From positions 1-57,023 of the IMG/VR virus record IMGVR_UViG_3300022917_000002: a stretch of 57,023 nucleotides of DNA. One strand, written 5' to 3'. The notes beneath the pieces were generated by a model. It saw only the letters and a list, made by a program, of their open reading frames with translations, made no database searches and was not told where the DNA came from. The translations under genes and the position numbers were made by a program. Source of the stretch: a virus (taxonomy: Duplodnaviria; Caudoviricetes). This document shows positions 25,583 through 33,683 of the stretch, piece by piece. Position 1 is the stretch's first letter, and each line of letters begins with the position of its first letter.

Positions 25583-25612
25583 TTGACACCCACGGTCGAC
25601 GTGGGTTACAGT
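25583..25612 (+). promoter_or_regulatory. Repeated promoter/operator
   Basis: TTGACA-CCCACGGTCGACGTGGGT-TACAGT. Confidence 0.88.
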
Positions 25613-25650
25613 TCTCTCAACACCAACCCCACCACCAAAGGAGGCCCCAA

Positions 25651-25896
25651 ATGGCCACCATCACCACCGCCCCCAGCACCCGCCAGGCCATGGAGGCCCT
25701 CGGCCTCAACACCCTGCGCGGCCAGACCGTGCGCGTCGTCGGCTACGTCGACGCCGGCTACGTCGACGTGCCGGAGTTCGACGCCGTGGTGGAGGCCACC
25801 GACTTCTTCTTCGACCGCATCGTGTTCGTCGAGGTCCGCCACCCGGACCGGGGTCGACTCACGGTGTCCATCGAGCGGTGCAGCCTCGTCGGCTGA
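25651..25896 (+). CDS. Hypothetical protein
   Basis: AAAGGAGG RBS. Confidence 0.75.
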   Translation: MATITTAPSTRQAMEALGLNTLRGQTVRVVGYVDAGYVDVPEFDAVVEATDFFFDRIVFVEVRHPDRGRLTVSIERCSLVG

Positions 25897-25950
25897 CCCG
25901 TCGGGGGCCCGCCACCCAGGCGGGTCCCCTCCGCCCGAGGAGTCAAGATC

Positions 25951-26289
25951 ATGACCACATCCCCCGATCAGAAGCACGAGCGGCCGCGCAGCCACACCGA
26001 CTACGCCCTCAGCGTTGCCGGCACCCACACCCACACCGTGCGGTACACCGAGACCGGCCAGGGCGGACTCCTGGGCATCGAGCTCGTGGCCGCACCGTCC
26101 GACATCCGCCTCCCCCCACAGGCGGCCCTGTGGACCCCTCAGGAGATGTTCGACCACGTCCGCGCCCAGAGCATCGTGATAGCGACCGACACCGGCAGCA
26201 ACGACGCTCAGGCCCTCGTGGAGCGTGTGCTGGGCAGCGCGTACGTCGCGGCGTGGAAGGGGCGCGGCTGGGTGGTGCACCTGCGGTGA
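25951..26289 (+). CDS. Hypothetical protein
   Basis: GAGGAG RBS. Confidence 0.7.
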   Translation: MTTSPDQKHERPRSHTDYALSVAGTHTHTVRYTETGQGGLLGIELVAAPSDIRLPPQAALWTPQEMFDHVRAQSIVIATDTGSNDAQALVERVLGSAYVAAWKGRGWVVHLR

Positions 26290-26492
26290 TCCGCGCTGGA
26301 ACCTGCTCGCTGTGCTCGTGCGCCCTGGAGTCGCCCGACGGCGGCCCCGAGCGCGTGCGGGCCCGCTCGGCCGCGATACGGCGCCAGCCTGGCGGACACC
26401 ACCACGGACGGCCGTGGATCGTGGTGCCGGACGGCCCGCCGGAGGAGCTGCGGGCGTGGCACGACTTCGCCCCGAACTTCCTCCGGCCGTAG
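26286..26492 (+). CDS. Small C2H2-like protein
   Basis: CSLC...HHH; coupled. Confidence 0.5.
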   Translation: MIRAGTCSLCSCALESPDGGPERVRARSAAIRRQPGGHHHGRPWIVVPDGPPEELRAWHDFAPNFLRP

Positions 26493-26494
26493 GG

Positions 26495-26563
26495 TTGACA
26501 CCCACGGTCGACGTGGGTAATGTTCGCAGTGTCAGGAACAACCCCCCGAGGGAAGGCCCCCCG
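26495..26563 (+). promoter_or_regulatory. Repeated promoter/operator plus leader
   Basis: TTGACA-CCCACGGTCGACGTGGG-TAATGT; GTCAGGAACAACCCCCCGAGGGAAGGCC. Confidence 0.9.
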
Positions 26564-26881
26564 ATGACCCTCCTCTTCCGCCTCGCCCCGCAGCGCATCG
26601 AGCGCGACAGCTACCGGGGCCGCTGGACCCGCAGGCTCGACCCGAGCGCGGAGCGCGTCGACAGCCTCACCGCCGCCGAGCTGACCGCCCTGGACCTGCC
26701 TACCCAGCCGGGCGGGGAGCTGGTGGTCTGGGAGAGCGTGGGCGAGCTGGACGGGGCGGAGCTGTTCTGCCGCAACCGGTACGTGGCGCAGACGAACGGG
26801 TTCCTGATCGGCTACGACAGCGACGGCCGCCGGATCACCAGCTCCTCGCCGGACCGTCAGCTGCGGATTCTCGTGAGCTGA
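26564..26881 (+). CDS. Hypothetical protein
   Basis: Follows leader. Confidence 0.75.
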   Translation: MTLLFRLAPQRIERDSYRGRWTRRLDPSAERVDSLTAAELTALDLPTQPGGELVVWESVGELDGAELFCRNRYVAQTNGFLIGYDSDGRRITSSSPDRQLRILVS

Positions 26882-26898
26882 CTGCTCCATCCGAGTGA

Positions 26899-26998
26899 AC
26901 GTGGGTGTCAGCCTCCCCAGGGGGTTGACACCCACGTCTCTCGTGGGTAAAGTAGTCCATGTCAGCAGGGAACAACCCCAGACGGAAGGACCCAGACA
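26899..26998 (+). promoter_or_regulatory. Stem-loop promoter/operator plus leader
   Basis: TTGACA-CCCACGTCTCTCGTGGG-TAAAGT; -35 box lies within hairpin 26899-26937. Confidence 0.88.
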
Positions 26999-27232
26999 AT
27001 GCGAAACCTCACCCAGATCCCCGGCGGAACGTTCCTCACCCGCGAAGAGTCGGCCGCCATGGTCGCCGCCTCCACCCTCACCGGCACCGACCGCTACACC
27101 TACGGCCCCACCGACAAGGGCACCTGGCAGGTCTGGGACCACGAAGAGGCCGAGGCCGTGGCCAACCGCGACGGCCAGACCGACCTGACCGAGCGGGACG
27201 CCCGCGACCTGTGGCGCGAGTACAGCGCCTGA
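26999..27232 (+). CDS. Hypothetical protein
   Basis: Follows leader; hairpin 27239-27267 downstream. Confidence 0.75.
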   Translation: MRNLTQIPGGTFLTREESAAMVAASTLTGTDRYTYGPTDKGTWQVWDHEEAEAVANRDGQTDLTERDARDLWREYSA

Positions 27233-27288
27233 CCGACCGGCCCGCCCCCGGACCCCGGGGGCGGGCCCTCCATCCCGAGGAGCAAGCC

Positions 27289-27390
27289 CTGACCGACCGA
27301 CGCAATGAGATCATCTGCCCCGCCTGCGGGCAGTCGCGCGACAAGCACACCGACCAGCAGTGGGAGGACTGCCTGGCCAGCATGAACTAG
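27289..27390 (+). CDS. Zn-finger microprotein (apparent CTG start)
   Basis: CPACG...HT..Q..DCL..MN; CCGAGGAGCAAGCC precedes CTG. Confidence 0.55.
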   Translation: MTDRRNEIICPACGQSRDKHTDQQWEDCLASMN

Positions 27391-27399
27391 GAGGCACCG

Positions 27400-27504
27400 G
27401 TGGGGGACAAGACCCCGGCGGGCGGCTACTGCCCGGTCTGCGGGGCGCCGATCATGGACCACACCCCCGCGCAGCTCCAGGACTGCCTGCGCCGGATGAA
27501 CTGA
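27400..27504 (+). CDS. Zn-finger microprotein, paralogue of previous gene
   Basis: CPVCG...HT..Q..DCL..MN; AGGAGG RBS. Confidence 0.7.
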   Translation: MGDKTPAGGYCPVCGAPIMDHTPAQLQDCLRRMN

Positions 27505-27514
27505 GGAGGTGATC

Positions 27515-27565
27515 ATGGCGCGCTGCACCATCTGCGGGCACCTGCGCTGCGAGCACCAACGCTAG
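27515..27565 (+). CDS. 16-aa Cys/His peptide
   Basis: MARCTICGHLRCEHQR after GGAGGTGATC RBS. Confidence 0.5.
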   Translation: MARCTICGHLRCEHQR

Positions 27566-27604
27566 ATCCACTTGACACGTTTCAACCCACCGAGGAGAAC
27601 CAGC

Positions 27605-27784
27605 ATGGCCACACCCGAGGACAAGGCCGCAGCCCGTGCCGCAGCGGCACGCGAGATGCAGGCCGCCCGCGCCGCCCAGGAGGCGCGCGTCAACGAGGCG
27701 CTCGAACGCCGTCGCCAGGCCGAGCGCGAGGAGCAGGCCCGCCAGCGGCAGCGCGAGGAGCAGGCCCGGGAGCGCGACCAGTGA
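27605..27784 (+). CDS. Charged single-alpha-helix microprotein
   Basis: A/E/R/Q-rich; GAGGAG RBS. Confidence 0.65.
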   Translation: MATPEDKAAARAAAAREMQAARAAQEARVNEALERRRQAEREEQARQRQREEQARERDQ

Positions 27785-28326
27785 CCGACACGCGCGGGCG
27801 GCGCCCCGCCTCCCTGGACGACCCGATGCACGCCCAGCCACCCGACCCCGGCCCACCGACCCCACCCGGCCCCTACGGGCCGTTGGGTGGGCGACTGGGC
27901 TTCCGGCAGGCCCGCACGTACGACCAGGCCGGCAAGGCCCTGGACACGTGCAGCTGGACGGCCCACGAGGTGGGCGACCCGGATGCGGAGGCCATGGCCT
28001 GGGTCATCGACGCCGTACACGGCGCGGGCCCGGCCGTCACGGGCGTGATCTTCGACGGCGACGGCGTCGAGCTGCGCCGCTACTCCGACCTCGCCAAGGC
28101 CCACTACCACCACCGGGCGCCCGCCCCCGGCTCACTGGTGGTCAGCCCCAGCAAGGCGCCCGAGGCGCCCGACGAGCCGCATCACTACGCGCTGCTGACC
28201 GCCACGTCCGGCGGCCACTGGTGGGTGGGCCTGTGCCGCGACTGCGGGGGCATGAGGGGGCGCCCGTGGCAAACACGGGAGCTGACCCGGCTGGGTCCCT
28301 TCGCGATCGTGGCGAGCACGGGATGA
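27781..28326 (+). CDS. Hypothetical protein
   Basis: Coupled ORF. Confidence 0.55.
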   Translation: MTDTRGRRPASLDDPMHAQPPDPGPPTPPGPYGPLGGRLGFRQARTYDQAGKALDTCSWTAHEVGDPDAEAMAWVIDAVHGAGPAVTGVIFDGDGVELRRYSDLAKAHYHHRAPAPGSLVVSPSKAPEAPDEPHHYALLTATSGGHWWVGLCRDCGGMRGRPWQTRELTRLGPFAIVASTG

Positions 28327-28430
28327 GCGCCGAGGAGGAGGCCCAGCAGCAGGCGGAGCGCGAGGCGGCCGCCGCGCGCCTGGCCGAGGAAGTGCGCGAG
28401 GCGCAGCGTCGCCTGGTGGACGACGAGTAG
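28323..28430 (+). CDS. Charged helical microprotein
   Basis: MSAEEEAQQQAEREAAAARLAEE. Confidence 0.5.
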   Translation: MSAEEEAQQQAEREAAAARLAEEVREAQRRLVDDE

Positions 28431-28441
28431 GTCGGCCACGC

Positions 28442-28526
28442 CGAACCCTATCCACGCTTGACACCCACGTCGAGCATGGGTAGGGTTCGTGGTGTCAGGA
28501 ACAACCCAGCCAGGGAAGGACCCGAA
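28442..28526 (+). promoter_or_regulatory. Repeated promoter/operator plus leader
   Basis: TTGACA-CCCACGTCGAGCATGGG-TAGGGT; GTCAGGAACAACCCAGCCAGGGAAGGACC. Confidence 0.9.
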
Positions 28527-28775
28527 ATGACCGCCACCTTCACCACCACCCGCGACGCCATCGACCACGTCAAGGCCCTCATGCGCACCCACCAGGTCGA
28601 CGCTCGTTGGGTCAGCGCGGGCCAGGATTGCCAGGGCATCTACATCACCGTGGCCACCCGGTTCGACCCGACCCGCGCCGGTCAGCTCATGCGAGACGCG
28701 GGCTTCGACAGCGTCACCACCAGCGAGGCGTGCGACGAGGTGTACGCCGTCGCCGCCCTGACCGTCGGGGCCTGA
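28527..28775 (+). CDS. Hypothetical protein
   Basis: Follows leader. Confidence 0.75.
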   Translation: MTATFTTTRDAIDHVKALMRTHQVDARWVSAGQDCQGIYITVATRFDPTRAGQLMRDAGFDSVTTSEACDEVYAVAALTVGA

Positions 28776-28780
28776 GACTC

Positions 28781-28870
28781 GTACCCCACGGGGAGTTGAC
28801 ACCCATCCTCCCCGTGGGGTACAGTTCTCTCATCGGCAGGAACAACCCCCACCGGGAAGGACCAGAGATC
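28781..28870 (+). promoter_or_regulatory. Stem-loop promoter/operator plus leader
   Basis: TTGACA-CCCATCCTCCCCGTGGGG-TACAGT; 15-bp inverted repeat encloses the -35 box. Confidence 0.88.
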
Positions 28871-29116
28871 ATGGCGAAGCTCGCGAAGTCCCAGGACCCC
28901 ACCAACTGGCGCAAGGGCGCCCAGCTCGCCACCGGCGACCTGGTGGCCATCGAGTGGGACGCCGCTGGCAACGCGACCGCCTTCTCTGCGGTGGTCTCCC
29001 GCGAGACCGTCGCCTACATGGGCACCACCAACTACAAGTTCGCCCTGGCCAACGGCCGCTCCAAGACCGCCGCCGGTCGCGAGTTCGTCCAGGGCCGCTA
29101 CACCACCGCCAGCTAG
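28871..29116 (+). CDS. Hypothetical protein
   Basis: Follows leader. Confidence 0.75.
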   Translation: MAKLAKSQDPTNWRKGAQLATGDLVAIEWDAAGNATAFSAVVSRETVAYMGTTNYKFALANGRSKTAAGREFVQGRYTTAS

Positions 29117-29185
29117 AATCCGACCCGCCCCGGGGCCACGTGCCCCGACACCCGCCCCGGGGCAACCACCCGAGAGGTACAGCCC

Positions 29186-29542
29186 ATGAGCCCCACCGAC
29201 CACCTCACCGAACGCGAGCGCGAGCGCCTCACGCGCGCCCCCCAGTGGATGCGCGACCTGGCGCTACGCCTGTCCGATCGACTGGATGCCGAGCTGCGCC
29301 GCGCCGACGCCCTCGCCGACGCCCTCGCCGACCCGCACGGGTCCACCACCACGCTGGACCCGTACGGCGCCCGCCCGACGCCCATCGGCGTGAACCCGGA
29401 GCTGATGCACACGTTCGGCAACGGCCGCCAGGTCAGGGTGGAGCTCTGCTTCGACCGTGTCCGGGTGGCCGCGCAGTCCGGGCGCGTGCTGGTCCAGCCC
29501 GAGGTCGCCAACAGCGTGGCGGTGATCCAGCATGACTTCTAA
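29186..29542 (+). CDS. Hypothetical protein
   Basis: GAGG RBS; VLVQPEVANSV. Confidence 0.7.
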   Translation: MSPTDHLTERERERLTRAPQWMRDLALRLSDRLDAELRRADALADALADPHGSTTTLDPYGARPTPIGVNPELMHTFGNGRQVRVELCFDRVRVAAQSGRVLVQPEVANSVAVIQHDF

Positions 29543-29786
29543 GCCCGCCACCCCCGGCATCCGCCACCCGGCCACCTACGGCTCCGACCAGGCGTGGCTG
29601 CTCGCCAACGTCGCCACCGACGACGGCGCCCCGCTGTACGTGTGGCGCACCGACGACGGCGCAGTGGTCATGCAGAACGACGAGTGCGACATCGTTGTGC
29701 CTGCCGGCGCCCTGCGGCGCCTCGCCGAGGCGGCCCTGGCCGTCCACGTGCACAACGGCCGCCCCGACGCGGCAGGTGCCCGATGA
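29532..29786 (+). CDS. Hypothetical protein
   Basis: Coupled ORF. Confidence 0.6.
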   Translation: MTSKPATPGIRHPATYGSDQAWLLANVATDDGAPLYVWRTDDGAVVMQNDECDIVVPAGALRRLAEAALAVHVHNGRPDAAGAR

Positions 29787-30037
29787 GCGACATCGAAGCA
29801 CGCATCGTGGAGGCCGCGCAGCGCGCCGTTCAGGACGAGTGGGACCGCCGGCACCCGGACGGCAGCTACTGGACGCACGGCGTGCCCGCCCGGATCGAGG
29901 CCTCGTGGAGCCTGGGTAAGTGGCACGTGTGCATCCCGGTCCGCCCATCCCGGCTGCCTAACCGGTTCCGCTACGGCTCCGGCGCCACCCTGGACGCCGC
30001 GCTCGGCCAGCTGGCCAAGGAAGTCGGTGTCCGGTGA
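29783..30037 (+). CDS. Hypothetical protein
   Basis: ATGA coupling. Confidence 0.6.
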   Translation: MSDIEARIVEAAQRAVQDEWDRRHPDGSYWTHGVPARIEASWSLGKWHVCIPVRPSRLPNRFRYGSGATLDAALGQLAKEVGVR

Positions 30038-30147
30038 GCCGGCTACGCGGGGTCCTCATGTGGCCCGTGTGGGCCGCGCTGGTTCTCCTCGGCCTGTCGG
30101 GGGGCATGGCTGCCGGAGCGCTCCTGGTGGGGCTGGCGGTCCGGTGA
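30034..30147 (+). CDS. Small membrane peptide
   Basis: Hydrophobic 37 aa, GTGA overlaps. Confidence 0.45.
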   Translation: MSRLRGVLMWPVWAALVLLGLSGGMAAGALLVGLAVR

Positions 30148-30305
30148 GCCGCATCGGCATCGACAGCGGCAACGGCTACTCCGACGCCGTGCGCCAGGCG
30201 TGGGACGCCGCTGGCCGTCCGAGCTGGGAGGACTGCGTCGAGGAGATGTCGCCCGAGGAGCGCGCCCTGTTCGACCAGCAGTTCGGCACCCTGGAGCAGT
30301 GGTGA
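30144..30305 (+). CDS. Hypothetical microprotein
   Basis: Coupled ORF. Confidence 0.5.
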   Translation: MSRIGIDSGNGYSDAVRQAWDAAGRPSWEDCVEEMSPEERALFDQQFGTLEQW

Positions 30306-30631
30306 GCCGCGCCAGCGACCGGCGGTCGACGAGCAACAGCAACACGCGGGGGTCTGCCGAGTCCCGGCGCCGTCGCCGCCGGTGGCTGGTCGAGCACTTC
30401 GGCGACGGCGTGCACGTGGCCTGTCACCTCCAGATCTCGCGGTACTGCGAGTACGTGTGCGACGAGGACAGCGTGTCGCCGGATCGGCTGGTGCTGGGTG
30501 CGGACGGCGGCAGCTACCGGAGGTCCAACATTCAGCCGGCGTGCCAGCCGTGCCAGCGCGAGCAGGGCGGGCTGGTGGGGCAGGCTCGCCGCAGAACCCC
30601 CATGTTGACACCCACGTCACTCGTGGGTTAG
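30302..30631 (+). CDS. HNH-like protein (DR variant)
   Basis: PDRLVLGADGGSYRRSNIQPACQPC. Confidence 0.75.
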   Translation: MSRASDRRSTSNSNTRGSAESRRRRRRWLVEHFGDGVHVACHLQISRYCEYVCDEDSVSPDRLVLGADGGSYRRSNIQPACQPCQREQGGLVGQARRRTPMLTPTSLVG

Positions 30632-30674
30632 GCTCTCTCTCGTAGGAAACAACTCCACAGAGAGAAGGACCCCC
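30605..30674 (+). promoter_or_regulatory. Repeated promoter/operator plus leader
   Basis: TTGACA-CCCACGTCACTCGTGGGT-TAGGCT; GAAACAACTCCACAGAGAGAAGGACC. Confidence 0.88.
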
Positions 30675-30947
30675 ATGAGCCTCACCGCCACCACGAACTA
30701 CGCCCACACCGTCGCTCGCCTGGCCGGCGTGGACGCTGAGCACCTGGCGGGCCTCGACCGTCGGGAACTCGATGTCCTGTACTTCGGCATCCTGTCCGAC
30801 GACGCGGCGCCCACCTTCCGCAGCATGGTGGACTACCTGGAGACTCCGGCCCTGGAGCTGTACGCCCTCCGTTCCGGCCTGTCCCGGGCGGAGCACGCCT
30901 ACTGCCGGCTGGCCCTGGCCCGCCGCGAGATCCGCGCCCGCGCGTAG
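30675..30947 (+). CDS. Hypothetical protein
   Basis: Follows leader. Confidence 0.75.
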   Translation: MSLTATTNYAHTVARLAGVDAEHLAGLDRRELDVLYFGILSDDAAPTFRSMVDYLETPALELYALRSGLSRAEHAYCRLALARREIRARA

Positions 30948-30970
30948 CCGTCCCGAGAAAGCCCCCGCGC

Positions 30971-31000
30971 AATGCCCCCGCCACTCCCGGCGGGGGCATT
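30971..31000 (+). terminator. Hairpin terminator between cassettes
   Basis: AATGCCCCCGCC/GGCGGGGGCATT. Confidence 0.7.
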
Positions 31001-31012
31001 CGCATGTCCGTG

Positions 31013-31087
31013 TTGACACCCATCCCCACAGGGGGTAGGGTTCTCCTCATACCGGAACAACCCCGCCAGGGAAGGACCAGCGACACC
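31013..31087 (+). promoter_or_regulatory. Repeated promoter/operator plus leader
   Basis: TTGACA-CCCATCCCCACAGGGGG-TAGGGT; GGAACAACCCCGCCAGGGAAGGACC. Confidence 0.85.
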
Positions 31088-31672
31088 ATGAGCCTCAACT
31101 GCTTTGACAAGGCCCCCCAGTTCATCGACTGCGCGCCCACCGTCGAGGGCCACCAGGCCGTGTGCGCCTGCGACTGGGCCTCCAAGATCGGCCCCCAGTC
31201 CGAGGTGATGCACGCCTGGGTCGAGCACACCCAGACCCCCCACCGCACCCGCATCGCCCCCGCGAGCGAAGGCCCGTTCTCCACGACCACGTGGAGCGGT
31301 GTCGATAACCAGGTCGGGCGCGACGGCCAGCGCCCCACCCTGTACTGGCAGGACCAGCACGACCTGGCCGTCGAACTGTGGCACGCCACCGTCGACAGCG
31401 GGTGGGACTTCGAGACCGCGTCGGCCGCCGTCGCCGCCGCCGTCAGCGGCCTGCCCGTGCTGATCACCTGGGCCACCCCGTTCCACGACAAGGTGGAGGT
31501 CAACAGCGGCCACGCCATCATCGACGGCATCACCTACGCCGGCCGAAGCACCCGGCTGCGGCTGCGCTACTCCGGGTTCAGCCACTACGTGGCCGCCAGC
31601 TCGGTCCGCTACATCCGTCAGGTGGGCGTCACCAACCGGATCATCGCGGACGGCGAGATGATCGCCCCGTGA
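31088..31672 (+). CDS. Hypothetical protein
   Basis: Follows leader; CACDW...H motif. Confidence 0.75.
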   Translation: MSLNCFDKAPQFIDCAPTVEGHQAVCACDWASKIGPQSEVMHAWVEHTQTPHRTRIAPASEGPFSTTTWSGVDNQVGRDGQRPTLYWQDQHDLAVELWHATVDSGWDFETASAAVAAAVSGLPVLITWATPFHDKVEVNSGHAIIDGITYAGRSTRLRLRYSGFSHYVAASSVRYIRQVGVTNRIIADGEMIAP

Positions 31673-32169
31673 ATCCGGCCTACTGGTTGGGGGTGGCGCT
31701 CGGATGGTCGGGCGTCACCCTCGGGTGTCTGTGGCTGCTCAACTTCTGTGTGCGCGGCCGGCTGGTACGCGCCGCGCACAAGCTCCTCGACCGGCCGCAG
31801 CGTCGAGCCGACGAGCGCGCTATCGCCCGCGCCCACCAGCGCATGCACGACATCCGCTTCTGGCAGGCGCGCCGTCGCCGACCCGGCCCGGAGGGCGAGG
31901 TGGCCCGGCAGATGTTGGCCATGCTGCCCCCGCTGGACTGTCCCTGCCCGCAGCACGCTCCCCGGCCGGATCGCGCCCTGGAGGCGCAGAGCCGCCAGGC
32001 AGAGATCCGCGAGGCCGGGGAACTTCAGGCTCGTGCGCTCGCCGCCTACCACGCCCGCGCGAGGGCTGGAGGCGACACGGTGCCCGTCGTCGCCTACGAC
32101 CAAAACCCCCACCTTCCCGCACCGAACCGACCGTGGCCCGACCCACGGCTCACCGACCACGAGTTCTGA
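31669..32169 (+). CDS. Membrane-anchored hypothetical protein
   Basis: N-terminal TM. Confidence 0.55.
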   Translation: MNPAYWLGVALGWSGVTLGCLWLLNFCVRGRLVRAAHKLLDRPQRRADERAIARAHQRMHDIRFWQARRRRPGPEGEVARQMLAMLPPLDCPCPQHAPRPDRALEAQSRQAEIREAGELQARALAAYHARARAGGDTVPVVAYDQNPHLPAPNRPWPDPRLTDHEF

Positions 32170-32179
32170 GGAGCACACC

Positions 32180-32671
32180 ATGACCGACACCCTGACTGCC
32201 CAGGTCAACCCGAAGCAGGAAGCGGCCGACTTCTATATCGGCCGAGGCCCCGACGCTGAGTTCATCGGCTGCATCACCGACGACGGTGCGCCCGAGGGAT
32301 ACGACCCGTGGGGCGAAGGCGCCCTCGACGCCTTCTTCCGATTCCAGTCCACCACCGACCACGAGTTCACCGACGAGGACTTCCGCGCCAAGGTCGCGGA
32401 TCTGCCGGCCGTACACGCCGACTGGGTGCACGAGTGGAACAGCTCGCGCGACACGCCGTGGTGCTACATGTACGACAAGGGCACCGTCTTCGTCTACCGC
32501 TTCGGCGTGGAGATGGGGCAGCTGCGCTGCAACTTCACCCGCTGGGCGCCGCGCCGTGTCCGCAACGACGACGGCACCGTCACCACCTACCCCGGCGAGA
32601 TGGTGCGCGTGCCCCGCGACACCGCTCACGACAAGTTCCCGACGATGCGCAAGGAGAGCAAGCATGCATGA
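32180..32671 (+). CDS. Hypothetical protein
   Basis: ADFYIGRGPDAEFIG motif; GAGGAG RBS. Confidence 0.75.
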   Translation: MTDTLTAQVNPKQEAADFYIGRGPDAEFIGCITDDGAPEGYDPWGEGALDAFFRFQSTTDHEFTDEDFRAKVADLPAVHADWVHEWNSSRDTPWCYMYDKGTVFVYRFGVEMGQLRCNFTRWAPRRVRNDDGTVTTYPGEMVRVPRDTAHDKFPTMRKESKHA

Positions 32672-32930
32672 CCCCGCCGTGGCCCGCCGCTACCAGGAGC
32701 GGGCCGCCGCTCAGGCCGACCAGCTGAAGGCCGACCGAGACCGCTTGTCCACCTTCCTCATCTCGTGCATGATCGCCGTATTCGTGCTGGTGGCCGGCGT
32801 CGGGTTCATCGCCACCCGCGACTACGTGTGGCTCCTGTACGCGGCCGTCACGTTCCTCGCCGGCTCGTTCGTGTGCTCGGGCATCGTGTTCTACCGCTAC
32901 CCCAAGCCCCGGGCTCCCCGACGGCCGTGA
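32664..32930 (+). CDS. Membrane protein
   Basis: Two TM helices; AAGGAG RBS. Confidence 0.65.
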   Translation: MHDPAVARRYQERAAAQADQLKADRDRLSTFLISCMIAVFVLVAGVGFIATRDYVWLLYAAVTFLAGSFVCSGIVFYRYPKPRAPRRP

Positions 32931-33018
32931 CCGCCGCGCCCTCGACCCCCAAGCCCACCACCGGCTTGGGGGTCGAGCCGTAGCATGGGGGCGGTACCCC
33001 ACGAACCTGGAGGAGCCC

Positions 33019-33489
33019 ATGGCCCCCATCCTGCGCACCACCCGACGCCCGGCCACCGAGGCCGTGGAGTCCCTCGTCAAGCGCGTCGCGCCCCGACCCA
33101 CCTGCGTGGCGCTCGCGCTCTTCCCGGCCATGCTGCGGCTCCCGGACGGCACCCGCGTCGCCGTCGGCAAGGTGTTCTACACGCCGCAGGGCCTGTACGT
33201 GTACGACCGGGCGCCCAAGAACCGGGACGACGCGTCGAGCGTGGCCGACTTCGATCCGGACGGCCTGTTCCTGAGCAACATCCGGTTCTGGTCGAAGATC
33301 CACTACGACGACACGCCCAGGCCGGTCACCGGCCATGCTGCGGTCAACACCGGCCACCGGGTGGTCACCGACGCGGGTGTTGTTCAGGTGCAAAAGCTGG
33401 TCGGCTGCGGGTGCTCGCACGGCACACTCAAGCGGTGGTCGCCGAGGTGGGCGGCCCGTCGTATCGCGTGGGAGGACCTCCGATCATGA
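33019..33489 (+). CDS. Hypothetical protein with GCGCS motif
   Basis: GGAGGAG RBS; such genes often precede portal genes in this phage group. Confidence 0.7.
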   Translation: MAPILRTTRRPATEAVESLVKRVAPRPTCVALALFPAMLRLPDGTRVAVGKVFYTPQGLYVYDRAPKNRDDASSVADFDPDGLFLSNIRFWSKIHYDDTPRPVTGHAAVNTGHRVVTDAGVVQVQKLVGCGCSHGTLKRWSPRWAARRIAWEDLRS

Positions 33490-33683
33490 TCAACAACTAC
33501 CTGATCAGCCTGCTGATGTGCCTGGGTCTCATCGCCGCCGGGCTCGCCACCGCAGGCGTGGGCGTCCGCACCGGTGACGGGCGGGCCGTCGTCCGCACCA
33601 TCTCCACCGCCGGATGGGCCGCCGTGCTCCTCGGGCTCGTGAGCGCCATTCTCGTCGTGATCAACTGGACATACACCGCGTGA
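33486..33683 (+). CDS. Small membrane protein
   Basis: Two TM helices. Confidence 0.6.
   Translation: MINNYLISLLMCLGLIAAGLATAGVGVRTGDGRAVVRTISTAGWAAVLLGLVSAILVVINWTYTA

Noticed and set aside
25583-31087. CRISPR array or integron attC sites
   Set aside because: Repeats are promoter-shaped, irregularly spaced by hundreds of bp and separated by genes; no cas or integrase
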